Source of the DNA: Desulfobulbales bacterium
GTDB lineage: Bacteria > Desulfobacterota > Desulfobulbia > Desulfobulbales > BM004
Length of the DNA: 60,320 nt
Assembly: GCA_041598875.1 (NCBI GenBank)
Contig: JBFHXP010000003.1
Coordinates: 1 to 60,320 of the forward strand
Direction of reading: 5' to 3'
Part shown: one piece after another, positions 8,612 to 16,814 of the stretch
Layout: every line of letters begins with the position of its first letter
Position numbering within the stretch: the stretch's first letter is position 1
Notes under the pieces: model-generated
The model's input: only the letters and a program-made list of their open reading frames with translations
The model's database searches: none
Told to the model about the DNA's origin: nothing
Position numbers and translations under genes: made by a program

Positions 8612-9600
8612 CAGGAGATTCCTTCACGGAGATACTCTACTATGCCGACTGTTGCGCCGGCGGCTACCGGAAGCGGATAGACCAGGAAATAATAGAGGCC
8701 CGCGCCCATTGAAAAGAGGGCGCCACCGGCCTGATAAAACGCCCCCAGCTGTCCCCGGTTGAGTGAGATGTTCCAGGCCATGAGCACGGGTATGGGAAGC
8801 AGGAGGCCCGTGTTTTGAAGGAGGTGGCCGATACCAAGCAGAAATCCGATAATTGCCCAGGCAACAACATTTCCCTTGAGTTCCCGGGATGCGGTGCCGG
8901 AATCTGCGAGCACATCTCTGTTGTGGAGCGAATACCTGGTCCAGTATCGGGATTTGCGGAACGCGTTTTTCAACGAAGTGACCAGGGAAAAGTTAAAGAT
9001 GTGGCGGACGAGTATTTCAGGCTCCATGACCAGGTGATACTTCTGTGCCTTCAGCCGATGGCTGAACTCAACATCTTCGATGATCGGCATGAATTTTTCC
9101 GGAAAACCCCCGGATTGGCGGAATGCCTCGGCGTTGATAATCAGGGCGTGGGAGGCGATATAATCCGGGGAGAGACGGTTTTTTGTTTCCGAGTAGTGAA
9201 TAAATGCGGACTGGAATGTGCTGAAAAAACCTGGATCATGGGGGCGCAGGGTATAGGTGCCGCCGATCACCGTGCTGTCTCCATATTTTTCTGCGGCAGC
9301 CTCGGCCCGCTCCAGGGCATCGGGTTCAAGCACGCAGTCGGCATCAATAAAAAAGAGAATGTCTCCCCGGCTTGCCCGGGCGCCGGCATTGCGGGCCATG
9401 GACGCGCCGGAGCGCGAAACGATAGGAACCACTGTGCATGGATATTTGTTGATTAATTCCAGTGAGTTGTCAGTAGACCCGTCATCCACCACCACCACCT
9501 CGAAATTGGAGTGGCGCGAGGCAAAGGCCGCGGCCAGGCAGGTATCAATGAAGGCGGCCCCGTTATGGCAGGGGATTATGAGTGAGATCAGGCGTTGCAC
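8611..9600 (-). CDS. family 2 glycosyltransferase with C-terminal transmembrane helices (GtrB/ArnC-like architecture)
   Basis: 329 aa. LIIPCHNGAAFI, VVVVDDGSTDNS and FFIDADC (GT-A fold, DxD), plus 2-3 hydrophobic helices at the C-terminus. Its stop overlaps the rSAM/SPASM start (TGATG), implying translational coupling. Confidence 0.8.
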   Translation of the reverse strand: MQRLISLIIPCHNGAAFIDTCLAAAFASRHSNFEVVVVDDGSTDNSLELINKYPCTVVPIVSRSGASMARNAGARASRGDILFFIDADCVLEPDALERAEAAAEKYGDSTVIGGTYTLRPHDPGFFSTFQSAFIHYSETKNRLSPDYIASHALIINAEAFRQSGGFPEKFMPIIEDVEFSHRLKAQKYHLVMEPEILVRHIFNFSLVTSLKNAFRKSRYWTRYSLHNRDVLADSGTASRELKGNVVAWAIIGFLLGIGHLLQNTGLLLPIPVLMAWNISLNRGQLGAFYQAGGALFSMGAGLYYFLVYPLPVAAGATVGIVEYLREGIS

Positions 9601-9623
9601 GTCTCGCTGGGTCTGGCAAGAAA

Positions 9624-9657
9624 TAAAAAAAGGGGGGCCGCCGGGATGGGGCCCCCC
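9624..9657 (-). terminator. rho-independent terminator of the tusA-dsrE-like operon
   Basis: Read on the minus strand: GGGGGGCC...GGCCCCCC stem (9650-9657 / 9632-9639) followed by a T8 run (complement of 9624-9631), about 20 nt after the stop of the 57-aa gene. Confidence 0.8.
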
Positions 9658-9678
9658 TGAAATACCGCAAAGGGTCGA

Positions 9679-9852
9679 CTACCACCAGCAGATGGTCTGG
9701 TCGGCAGCCACGATCTTGTCTACCAGCGCCGCGTAATCCGGGCTGGCCACTGTAAGGTCGAAACTGTCTGCCTCGCGGCCTTCAGTGACAATGCTGACGA
9801 GTTTTTTTGTATTATCCGAGGGTGCGGAACGATATACATTCAATACTTTCAT
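9679..9852 (-). CDS. 57-aa DsrH/TusB-like small protein (below ORF-track cutoff)
   Basis: Own translation: MKVLNVYRSAPSDNTKKLVSIVTEGREADSFDLTVASPDYAALVDKIVAADQTICWW. SD GAGGAG lies 9 nt upstream, and the start is 26 nt after the stop of the preceding gene. The N-terminus (M-x-V/I-L-x-V-x-x-S-P) and C-terminus (DYA-x-L-VD...W) resemble TusB/DsrH ends as I remember them, but the protein is much shorter. Confidence 0.55.
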   Translation of the reverse strand: MKVLNVYRSAPSDNTKKLVSIVTEGREADSFDLTVASPDYAALVDKIVAADQTICWW

Positions 9853-9878
9853 ACCTGGAATCTCCTCTAATTAAAGGC

Positions 9879-10178
9879 TTACTGAACGCCGTAGGGGACG
9901 ATAATGTCCATTTCCCGCAGTTTCTGGCCCAACTCTTCGATGGTGATTGCGGTGAAGCCGTTTTCCACATTGGCCGGTACAGTTGAGTAGACCTCGCCCT
10001 CCATATCCCGAACCCACTCGACATTCTCGGCATGGTACTCGCTCAGCGGAGCAAGGGTTTCGTTCATCGCAACTCCGTAGGAGTAGTGGTTGGCCACGGA
10101 AAGACCCAGGGTGGAGCGCAGGCCGTCCAGAATATCATCCTCGTTTTTTGCAAACATGAAGCATACTTTTTTAGACAT
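9879..10178 (-). CDS. DsrE/DsrF-fold small protein lacking the active-site Cys (DsrF/TusC-like position)
   Basis: 99 aa, 9 nt downstream of the DsrE-like gene. The N-terminal beta-strand MSKKVCFMFAKNED is typical of the DsrE/F fold. The only Cys is Cys6 in that strand; none occupies the DsrE active-site position. Confidence 0.55.
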   Translation of the reverse strand: MSKKVCFMFAKNEDDILDGLRSTLGLSVANHYSYGVAMNETLAPLSEYHAENVEWVRDMEGEVYSTVPANVENGFTAITIEELGQKLREMDIIVPYGVQ

Positions 10179-10187
10179 GATTACCCC

Positions 10188-10502
10188 CTAGAAGCTGATA
10201 TATTTTTCGCATTCATCGATGATATAGCCGTGTTTGGCCTGGGTGGACATCTGCTTGTCGGTAAGACCCTCGGGAATGTCCTTTTCCGGGTCCCAGCCCA
10301 TTTTTTTGTAGCTGTCCGCGCAGATGGCTACTTCGGCAAGGGTACACAGTTTGGGGAATTGCGGATCCTTGGCCAGCTTGGTCCCTTTCCAGGTGAAAAA
10401 GACCTTGACGTCCATCCCTTTTGCCTTGGCGGCGGTAGTGACCCCCATGATGTGATTCATGTGTTTTTCCGAGGTAACAAAAATACCTAAACTTTGTGCC
10501 AT
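10188..10502 (-). CDS. DsrE family sulfur relay protein
   Basis: 104 aa. LGIFVTSEKHMNH start, and the Cys in LAEVAICADSYKKMG aligns by eye with the TusD/DsrE active-site motif (I-C-x-A-A...G). Confidence 0.65.
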   Translation of the reverse strand: MAQSLGIFVTSEKHMNHIMGVTTAAKAKGMDVKVFFTWKGTKLAKDPQFPKLCTLAEVAICADSYKKMGWDPEKDIPEGLTDKQMSTQAKHGYIIDECEKYISF

Positions 10503-10577
10503 AGTATCCTCCTATTACGTTCTGTGGATCAGACCCGGGGAGAACCGCGAGCCTGACGTTTTTCCGGGTGTCAGGTA

Positions 10578-10814
10578 TTACCCCTTTTTTATATAGAACC
10601 GAAACCCGTTGCTGTCCTCTTCGCTTCCGAGAAAGACATGACCGGCATGTTTACTCCAGGCAGGCAGGTCTATTTTAGATCCGGAATCTGTGCCGAGTAT
10701 CTCCAGGACATCGCCTTGGCCAAGCTTTTCCATGTGCTGCTTGGCCTTTAACAGAGGGAGAGGGCATGCTAGCCCGCGCGCATCAACTGTTGCTTTTGGC
10801 TCTACCGTATCCAT
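10578..10814 (-). CDS. tusA: TusA family sulfurtransferase
   Basis: 78 aa. DARGLACPLPLLKAKQ contains the canonical CPxP motif, and the size and C-terminal beta-strands fit the TusA/SirA fold. Confidence 0.85.
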   Translation of the reverse strand: MDTVEPKATVDARGLACPLPLLKAKQHMEKLGQGDVLEILGTDSGSKIDLPAWSKHAGHVFLGSEEDSNGFRFYIKKG

Positions 10815-10985
10815 GGGGCATTTCCCTGCTCTCTGTAAATGCAGAGTATCGTGGAGTAATTACTCTTACCTGGTGCCGGGGATGAAGAAAATTTCATACC
10901 ACAAAAAAAAGCATAAATCTTGAAAAAAATGAATGCATACTCATTTTATATGGCGCATTCCATTCCCTGTCAACCGTGTTTTTCA

Positions 10986-11032
10986 GGTGAAAAGATCAAG
11001 AAGATCATAAAAAGTGGCGTTTCCGGATGAAA
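10986..11032 (+). repeat. internally deleted / right-end copy of the MITE-like repeat family
   Basis: ggtgaaaagatcaagaagatcat-aaaaagtggcgtttccggatgaaa matches the start and the last about 25 nt of the internal and right-end part of the full copy that follows. Confidence 0.6.
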
Positions 11033-11040
11033 ACTATTTA

Positions 11041-11224
11041 GTGTCCGTCCGGAAAGTCTTTTGTTCCGGACGGCAACACCTATCCGTTTTCAAACCGGAA
11101 ACAGACAATTTTGAAAAAGATCCAGGAGATCAAGGAAGTATGCGCAGGCGTACTGGAGTACGGCGAGCACATACTTCCGCGGATCGACACCGAGATTTTT
11201 AAAAAGTGGCGTTTCCGGATGAAA
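11041..11224 (+). mobile_element. full-length (184 bp) MITE-like element, flanked by a perfect 8-bp direct repeat ACTATTTA
   Basis: Left end GTGTCCGTCCGGAAAGTC and right end GCGTTTCCGGATGAAA share the inverted core CRTCCGGAAA. ACTATTTA occurs at 11033-11040 and 11225-11232. A near-identical copy lies inverted at 26509-26693. Confidence 0.7.
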
Positions 11225-11328
11225 ACTATTTAACTGGCACAGGGCTGAATGAGTAAAGGAGAATTCGGGGATGTCTGTTTGCCGTTTTTTGTCTGATGCG
11301 TCGGTGGCCATGAAAAAATGGAGAAGAG

Positions 11329-11928
11329 ATGGATAGTGTGAGCACATCGGGCAGGGGGGCGTTGCGCAGGAGGATTCTTGCTGCCCGGGATGCCCTTTCA
11401 GAAAATGAAAGACGGGAAAAAAGCCGGAGAATACATGCCCTTCTCTGGAATCTCCCGGCTTTTCTCGAGGCGGGAGTGGTGGGCATGTATGTCCATTTCA
11501 GGAGTGAAGTTGAAACCACCGGCCTGATCCGGGAGGCCCTTGCCCGCAACAAGACGGTGGTGGTGCCCCGGACCGAGACCGCCTCCTGTTCTCTTGATTT
11601 TTATGCTATAACAGATCTGGAAGAGGATCTTCGTCCAGGGGCATTCGGCATTCTCGAGCCGGATCCCGATGGGGCCCGCCTGATCGATCCCATGGAGATT
11701 GATATGGTGCTTCTGCCGGGCAGCGTGTTCGACCCCTCCGGGGGGAGACTTGGCTATGGCGGCGGATATTATGATCGCTTCCTTGCTGATCACGCCCGGC
11801 GGGCAACAAGGGTCGGGCTTGCCTTTGAGGCCCAGGTGGTGGAGCGGGTTCCGCTCCTTGCCCACGATCAAGTGCTCGAGTACCTGGTTACCGAGGACCG
11901 GGTGGTATCAATTAAAAATATGTATTAA
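11329..11928 (+). CDS. 5-formyltetrahydrofolate cyclo-ligase
   Basis: 199 aa. LLPGSVFDPSGGRLGYGGGYYDRFL is the family signature, and the N-terminal RRRILAARDAL is typical. Confidence 0.9.
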   Translation: MDSVSTSGRGALRRRILAARDALSENERREKSRRIHALLWNLPAFLEAGVVGMYVHFRSEVETTGLIREALARNKTVVVPRTETASCSLDFYAITDLEEDLRPGAFGILEPDPDGARLIDPMEIDMVLLPGSVFDPSGGRLGYGGGYYDRFLADHARRATRVGLAFEAQVVERVPLLAHDQVLEYLVTEDRVVSIKNMY

Positions 11929-11939
11929 GGAAATATCCC

Positions 11940-12974
11940 ATGAAACGAACCGCTGTCTTTGCCCATGACCGATTTCTTGACCATCGTCCGGGCCGGCACC
12001 ATGTCGAGTCTCCCGAGCGCCTGATAGCAATTTATGAAAAGCTTGCGGAGGATGAGTGCCGGCAACGGTATCTCTTTCCCGAGTTCACACCCGCCTCCCC
12101 CGAAGATCTCGCCCTTGTCCATACCGAAGAGTATATCAGTACCGTGGCAAACACCGCTCTCCGGGAGGTGGTCTATCTTGACCCGGATACCCAGACCTCG
12201 CCTGGGTCCTATGAGGCGGCCCGCCTTGCCGCAGGCGCGGTGATCCGCGGGGTGGAAATGGTGGTTGGCAACGAGGTGGATAATGGATTCGCCCTGGTTC
12301 GCCCGCCTGGACATCATGCGGAGGCGGACAGGGCCATGGGGTTCTGTCTCTTTAACAACGTGGCTGTGGGCGCACAATTTGCCCTGGACCGCCTAGGCCT
12401 TTCCCGGGTATTAATCGTTGACTGGGATATTCACCACGGCAACGGTACCCAGCACAGCTTCTATGACACAGACCAGGTGCTCTATATATCCACCCATCAG
12501 TATCCCTATTATCCGGGCAGCGGCAGTGCCGGTGAGGTCGGAGTCGGGGCGGGAACCGGTTTTACCCTCAATATTCCTCTGGGCGGCGGCCAGCGGGACC
12601 GGGAATTTGTGTCGATATTTCAGGATATCATTGTGCCGGTGGCAAGAAAGTACCGACCCGAGCTTATTCTCGTTTCAGCAGGGTTTGATACCTGCGGTGA
12701 CGACCCCCTTGGCACCATGGGGGTAAGTTCCGCCGGGTTTGGTGACATGACCAGAATTCTCCGAGCCCTTGCCGAAGAGGTCTGCGGTGGGAGGATCCTG
12801 ATGGTTCTTGAGGGCGGCTACAGCCTGACCGGACTGAGAGACGGTGTCGTGTCCGTTCTTGAGGCCTTGCGCGAGAAAAAAGTGGGGCCACTTTCCGTTG
12901 CCGGTTCCGGCAGAATTGTGGTGCCAGGCCTGGATGAGGTACGAAACATTGCAAAAAAATTCTGGAAAATTTAA
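11940..12974 (+). CDS. histone deacetylase family (acetoin utilization / acetylpolyamine amidohydrolase-like) protein
   Basis: 344 aa. ALVRPPGHHA, DWDIHHGNGTQ and EGGY motifs of the arginase/deacetylase superfamily. Confidence 0.9.
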   Translation: MKRTAVFAHDRFLDHRPGRHHVESPERLIAIYEKLAEDECRQRYLFPEFTPASPEDLALVHTEEYISTVANTALREVVYLDPDTQTSPGSYEAARLAAGAVIRGVEMVVGNEVDNGFALVRPPGHHAEADRAMGFCLFNNVAVGAQFALDRLGLSRVLIVDWDIHHGNGTQHSFYDTDQVLYISTHQYPYYPGSGSAGEVGVGAGTGFTLNIPLGGGQRDREFVSIFQDIIVPVARKYRPELILVSAGFDTCGDDPLGTMGVSSAGFGDMTRILRALAEEVCGGRILMVLEGGYSLTGLRDGVVSVLEALREKKVGPLSVAGSGRIVVPGLDEVRNIAKKFWKI

Positions 12975-13060
12975 AGTGCAGGGCCTGTTGTCCGTCTTTT
13001 CCGGAAGTCCGGCACTATCCGGGAATTCTTTTCATGCTGATATGATGTGAGCGAGGAGCA

Positions 13061-13345
13061 ATGAAGATCACCAGACAAGAAATCATTCATGTTGCCAATC
13101 TGGCCCGACTTGAATTAAACGACGCCGAGGTGGAATCCATGACCTCCCAGGTGGGCCGGATCCTCTCCTATGTGGAAAAGCTCAACGAACTGGACACCAC
13201 GGGGGTGCGCCCCACGACCCATACCCTGGCGATCCGTAATGCCTTTCGCGAGGATGTGACCGTGCCGTCGCTTTCCCGCAGGGATTCCCTGGCAAATGGG
13301 CCGGAGGAAAATGGCGAGGCCTTTGTTGTCCCCCGGGTGATTTAG
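13061..13345 (+). CDS. gatC: Asp/Glu-tRNA amidotransferase subunit C
   Basis: 94 aa. IIHVANLARLELNDAE...LNELDT is typical of GatC, and gatA lies downstream. Confidence 0.9.
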   Translation: MKITRQEIIHVANLARLELNDAEVESMTSQVGRILSYVEKLNELDTTGVRPTTHTLAIRNAFREDVTVPSLSRRDSLANGPEENGEAFVVPRVI

Positions 13346-13353
13346 TAGATTTT

Positions 13354-13422
13354 TATAAGCCTACCGCCCTTCGAGGCGGACTCGGATAGGATTTACCTAT
13401 CCCGCGAGAATTCAGGCTTTAT
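13354..13422 (+). other. about 70-nt three-way-junction-like structured element in the gatC-gatA spacer
   Basis: Outer stem ATAAGCCT / AGGCTTTAT encloses two hairpins: CCGCC-cttcga-GGCGG and GGATAGG-attta-CCTATCC. Confidence 0.4.
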
Positions 13423-13462
13423 TGGAACCGCAGAATGTCGAACAAAGCAAGACAAAGAGAAT

Positions 13463-14938
13463 TTGAGGAGTGGTGTGGAACTTCATAGTCTGACAATTCA
13501 TGAGTTGCGGGAGCTGCTGGCACAAGGCCAGGTCTCTTCGGTGGAGGTGACCCGGGCCATGCTTGACCGGATCACGGCGGTTGACCCCCAGGTGCGGGCG
13601 TATATCACCGTGGAACCGGAAAAGGCCATGGACCGGGCAAAAGAGGCGGACCGCCTTCTTGGCGCGGGCCGGGGCGGCGCCCTCTGCGGTGTGCCTGTTT
13701 CGGTAAAGGATGTGCTCTGTACCCGAGGGGTTCGCACCACCTGCGGATCGAGGATTCTTGAGAATTTTGTGCCGCCCTATAATGCCACGGTGGTCGAGAG
13801 GCTGGAAGAAGCCGGGGCAATAGTTGTCGGCAAGGTGACCATGGATGAGTTTGCCATGGGGTCAACCAGTGAAAACAGCGCCTATGCAGTTCCAAGAAAT
13901 CCCTGGAATACCGAGTATATCTGCGGTGGATCAAGTGGTGGTTCGGCTGCCGCGGTGGCTGCGGATCTCTGTTTTTCCTCCCTGGGTTCGGATACCGGAG
14001 GCTCCATCCGCCAACCCGCCTCCCATTGCGGCATTGTCGGCCTCAAGCCGACCTATGGCCGGGTCTCCCGTTTCGGGCTGGTCGCCTTTGCCTCCTCCCT
14101 TGATCAGGTCGGTCCGATGACCAGGGATGTGCGGGACTGCGCCCACATGCTTCAGCTGATCAGCGGGTATGATAAGCGGGATTCCACCTCGGTTGATGCC
14201 CCGGTTCCTGATTACAGCGCCTCCCTGACCCGTGGTCTTTCCGGAATGCGGGTCGGTATTCCCCGGGAATATTTCGGGATGGGTCTCGACCCGGAGGTTG
14301 AACAGGCGGTGAACAGGGGGATTGAGGCCCTGCGGGCCGCGGGGGCTGAGACGGTTTCAGTATCCCTGCCCCATACCGAATACTGTGTGGCGGTTTATTA
14401 TCTCATTGCTCCGGCCGAGGCCAGTTCAAACCTTGCCCGCTACGATGGGGTGCGCTACGGATTCCGCGCCGATCACGCTGAAACCCTGGTTGATATGTAC
14501 AAAAAAACCAGGTCACAGGGGTTTGGCGATGAGGTCAAGCGGCGGATCCTGATTGGAACCTATGCCCTTTCTTCCGGATATTACGATGCCTATTACAAAA
14601 AGGCGTCCCAGGTCCGGACCCTGATTGTTGAGGACTTTAACAGCGCCTTTGCGCAGTGCGATGTCATTGCCTCGCCGGTCTCTCCCACCCCGGCCTGGCG
14701 GCTTGGCGAGAAAAATGACGATCCAGTAAGTGTCTATTTGTCCGATATCATGACCATATCGGCAAATCTTGCCGGTATTCCCGGCATATCGGTTCCCTGT
14801 GGGTTCAGCGGCAAGGGGCTGCCCATCGGCCTCCAGCTCCAGGGCGCCCACTTTCAGGAGGAGAACCTGCTTCGCGCGGCCTTTAACCTGGAGCAGGAAC
14901 TCACTTTAATTCCTCCCCGGCCTCGGGCCATAAAATAA
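13463..14938 (+). CDS. gatA: Asp/Glu-tRNA amidotransferase subunit A
   Basis: 491 aa with the amidase signature [13 protein letters not shown]...[12 protein letters not shown]. The true start may be GTG 13475 (SD GAGGAG upstream). Confidence 0.95.
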   Translation: MRSGVELHSLTIHELRELLAQGQVSSVEVTRAMLDRITAVDPQVRAYITVEPEKAMDRAKEADRLLGAGRGGALCGVPVSVKDVLCTRGVRTTCGSRILENFVPPYNATVVERLEEAGAIVVGKVTMDEFAMGSTSENSAYAVPRNPWNTEYICGGSSGGSAAAVAADLCFSSLGSDTGGSIRQPASHCGIVGLKPTYGRVSRFGLVAFASSLDQVGPMTRDVRDCAHMLQLISGYDKRDSTSVDAPVPDYSASLTRGLSGMRVGIPREYFGMGLDPEVEQAVNRGIEALRAAGAETVSVSLPHTEYCVAVYYLIAPAEASSNLARYDGVRYGFRADHAETLVDMYKKTRSQGFGDEVKRRILIGTYALSSGYYDAYYKKASQVRTLIVEDFNSAFAQCDVIASPVSPTPAWRLGEKNDDPVSVYLSDIMTISANLAGIPGISVPCGFSGKGLPIGLQLQGAHFQEENLLRAAFNLEQELTLIPPRPRAIK

Positions 14939-14964
14939 TAACTACTGGCTAGCCTGAAAAAAGA

Positions 14965-16101
14965 GTGGAAAAAACAGTGAAAATAAAAGTCGCCCCCCAC
15001 ATAGCGTCCATTGTCCCCTATCCGCCCGGAAAACCCCTGGAAGAACTGGAAAGGGAGTATGGGATCACCGGTTCGATCAAGCTTGCCTCCAATGAGAATC
15101 CCTGGGGGCCTTCGCCCAGGGCGGTGGCCGCTATCCAGGCAGCATTGACCAATCTCCATCGGTATCCGGACGGCAGCTGCTTTTATCTTGGGCAAAAACT
15201 TTCGGGAATACTCGGGGTGGAACCCGGGCAGCTGGTCTTTGGCAATGGCTCCAACGAGATCATCGGCCTGCTCATCACCGCCCTGCTTGCCCCTGGAGAA
15301 GAGGTGATAACCAGTGAACCCACCTTTCTCATGTACCAGAAGCTGGTCCAGGTTCAGGGGGGAGTAACGGTGATGGTTCCCTTAAAGGAAATGCATCACG
15401 ATCTTGATGGGATACTGGGGGCGATTACCGGGAAAACCCGGCTTGTTTTTCTTGATTCCCCGAACAATCCGTGTGGGACCGCGATTACCAGGGAGAATTT
15501 TGAAAAGTTTCTCCGCCAGGTGCCGAAAGGGGTGGTGGTGGTTCTGGATGAGGCGTATGTGGATTTCGTTGCCCCTGAGTACCGCTTTGACTCCCTGGCC
15601 TACCTGCCAGGCCGGCAGACTGATCCTGATCTCACAAAAAACGTGGTTGCCCTGCGGACTTTTTCCAAGGCCTATGGGCTGGCCGGACTCCGGATCGGTT
15701 TCGGGATCATGGGTTTGGAACTGGCCGGGTTTCTCCACCGGGTCCGGCAGCCGTTTAACGTCAATTCCCTGGCCCAGATAGGCGCGCTCGCCGCCCTGGA
15801 TGACGACGACCACTACCTGAAGACGATCAATGGAACCAGAAAGGGCATGGAGTGGCTTGGCCAGGAGGTTTCAAAACTTGGTTGCCGGGCCTACCCATCT
15901 CATACCAATTTTTTTCTGATTGATGTCAAGGGAGACGGCAAGAAGCTCTATGAAAAAATGCTCGAGAGGGGGGTTATTGTCCGGCCGATGCAGGCGTATG
16001 GCTTTCCGACATTTATCAGGTTGACCGTGGGCCAGGATGCGGAGAACAGCCGCTTTGTCACCACCCTGGCCGAGGTGATGAAGGAGTTGGGCTATGGTTG
16101 A
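14965..16101 (+). CDS. hisC: histidinol-phosphate aminotransferase
   Basis: 378 aa. LASNENPWGPSP and RTFSKAYGLAGLRIG (PLP-lysine motif). Confidence 0.9.
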   Translation: MEKTVKIKVAPHIASIVPYPPGKPLEELEREYGITGSIKLASNENPWGPSPRAVAAIQAALTNLHRYPDGSCFYLGQKLSGILGVEPGQLVFGNGSNEIIGLLITALLAPGEEVITSEPTFLMYQKLVQVQGGVTVMVPLKEMHHDLDGILGAITGKTRLVFLDSPNNPCGTAITRENFEKFLRQVPKGVVVVLDEAYVDFVAPEYRFDSLAYLPGRQTDPDLTKNVVALRTFSKAYGLAGLRIGFGIMGLELAGFLHRVRQPFNVNSLAQIGALAALDDDDHYLKTINGTRKGMEWLGQEVSKLGCRAYPSHTNFFLIDVKGDGKKLYEKMLERGVIVRPMQAYGFPTFIRLTVGQDAENSRFVTTLAEVMKELGYG

Positions 16102-16783
16102 AGAAAAAAAGATGGTGATTACCATTGACGGCCCCTCCGGGTCGGGCAAGAGCACGATCAGCAAGAGAATCGCCGCCCATCTCAACTATACCTATCTTGA
16201 CACCGGGGCCATGTATCGCGCCGTGGGGCTCAAGGCCCGGAAAGAGGGTATAGATCTCGACTCCCCGGGACACGAGGAGCAGCTGGCCAGGCTCCTTGAG
16301 ACCATTGATCTCCGCCTGGAACCGGCAGGACCGGGGGAGGATGATGTCCGCGTCTTTGTTGATGACCAGGATTTGAGCCGGGAGATCCGTACCGCGGAAA
16401 TGGGGCTGGTTGCCTCACGGATATCGGCGGAGCCGGTGGTGCGGAAAAAACTGACCGCCATGCAGCAGCAGATGGGAAAAAATGGCGGGGTGGTGGCCGA
16501 GGGCCGGGATACCGGCACCGTGGTATTTCCCCGGGCGGAACGCAAGTTTTATCTTGATGCCAGTCCGGAGGAGCGGGCCCGGAGGCGCTGGCTGCAGCTC
16601 CGGGAAAAAGGCCAGGAAATTGACCGGCAGGAGATTCTGGCCCAGATCAAGAAGCGGGACAGTGATGACAGCAGCCGTTCACTGGCCCCGCTGACACCAG
16701 CCTCCGACGCGAAGGTCGTTGACTGCTCGACCATGTCCGCAGATGAGGTTGTGGCCTTTATGATCGATGCGATAGAGGGATGA
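16094..16783 (+). CDS. cmk: cytidylate kinase
   Basis: 229 aa. ITIDGPSGSGKSTISK P-loop and LDTGAMYRAV. It overlaps the hisC stop by 8 nt. Confidence 0.95.
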   Translation: MVEEKKMVITIDGPSGSGKSTISKRIAAHLNYTYLDTGAMYRAVGLKARKEGIDLDSPGHEEQLARLLETIDLRLEPAGPGEDDVRVFVDDQDLSREIRTAEMGLVASRISAEPVVRKKLTAMQQQMGKNGGVVAEGRDTGTVVFPRAERKFYLDASPEERARRRWLQLREKGQEIDRQEILAQIKKRDSDDSSRSLAPLTPASDAKVVDCSTMSADEVVAFMIDAIEG

Positions 16784-16814
16784 GCCTTCGCGGTTTCCGG
16801 AGAGGAAAGGCGGG

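Noticed and set aside
11014-11202. ORF-track ORFs inside the repeat copies (11014..11202, 11090..11347, 26461..26649, 26511..26714, 26390..26659) and the shared open frame ...EIKEVC..EYGEH..RIDTEIFKKWRFRMKT as a real small protein
   Set aside because: They lie wholly in multi-copy repeat DNA and have no consistent start codon. All differences between the two full copies are non-synonymous, while hairpin pairing is preserved. That fits a structured DNA/RNA element better than a coding sequence.
11234-11250. Sigma-54 promoter TGGCAC-agggc-TGAA upstream of the cyclo-ligase gene
   Set aside because: The -24 element is perfect, but the -12 region (TGAA for TTGC) matches poorly. A housekeeping folate gene is an unlikely RpoN target.
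10815-11328. 6S RNA (ssrS) upstream of the 5-formyltetrahydrofolate cyclo-ligase gene, by analogy with the conserved ssrS-ygfA linkage
   Set aside because: The structured sequence in this spacer is the multi-copy MITE-like element, found elsewhere in the window in both orientations. I could not fold the remaining unique sequence into a 6S-like long hairpin with a central bubble.
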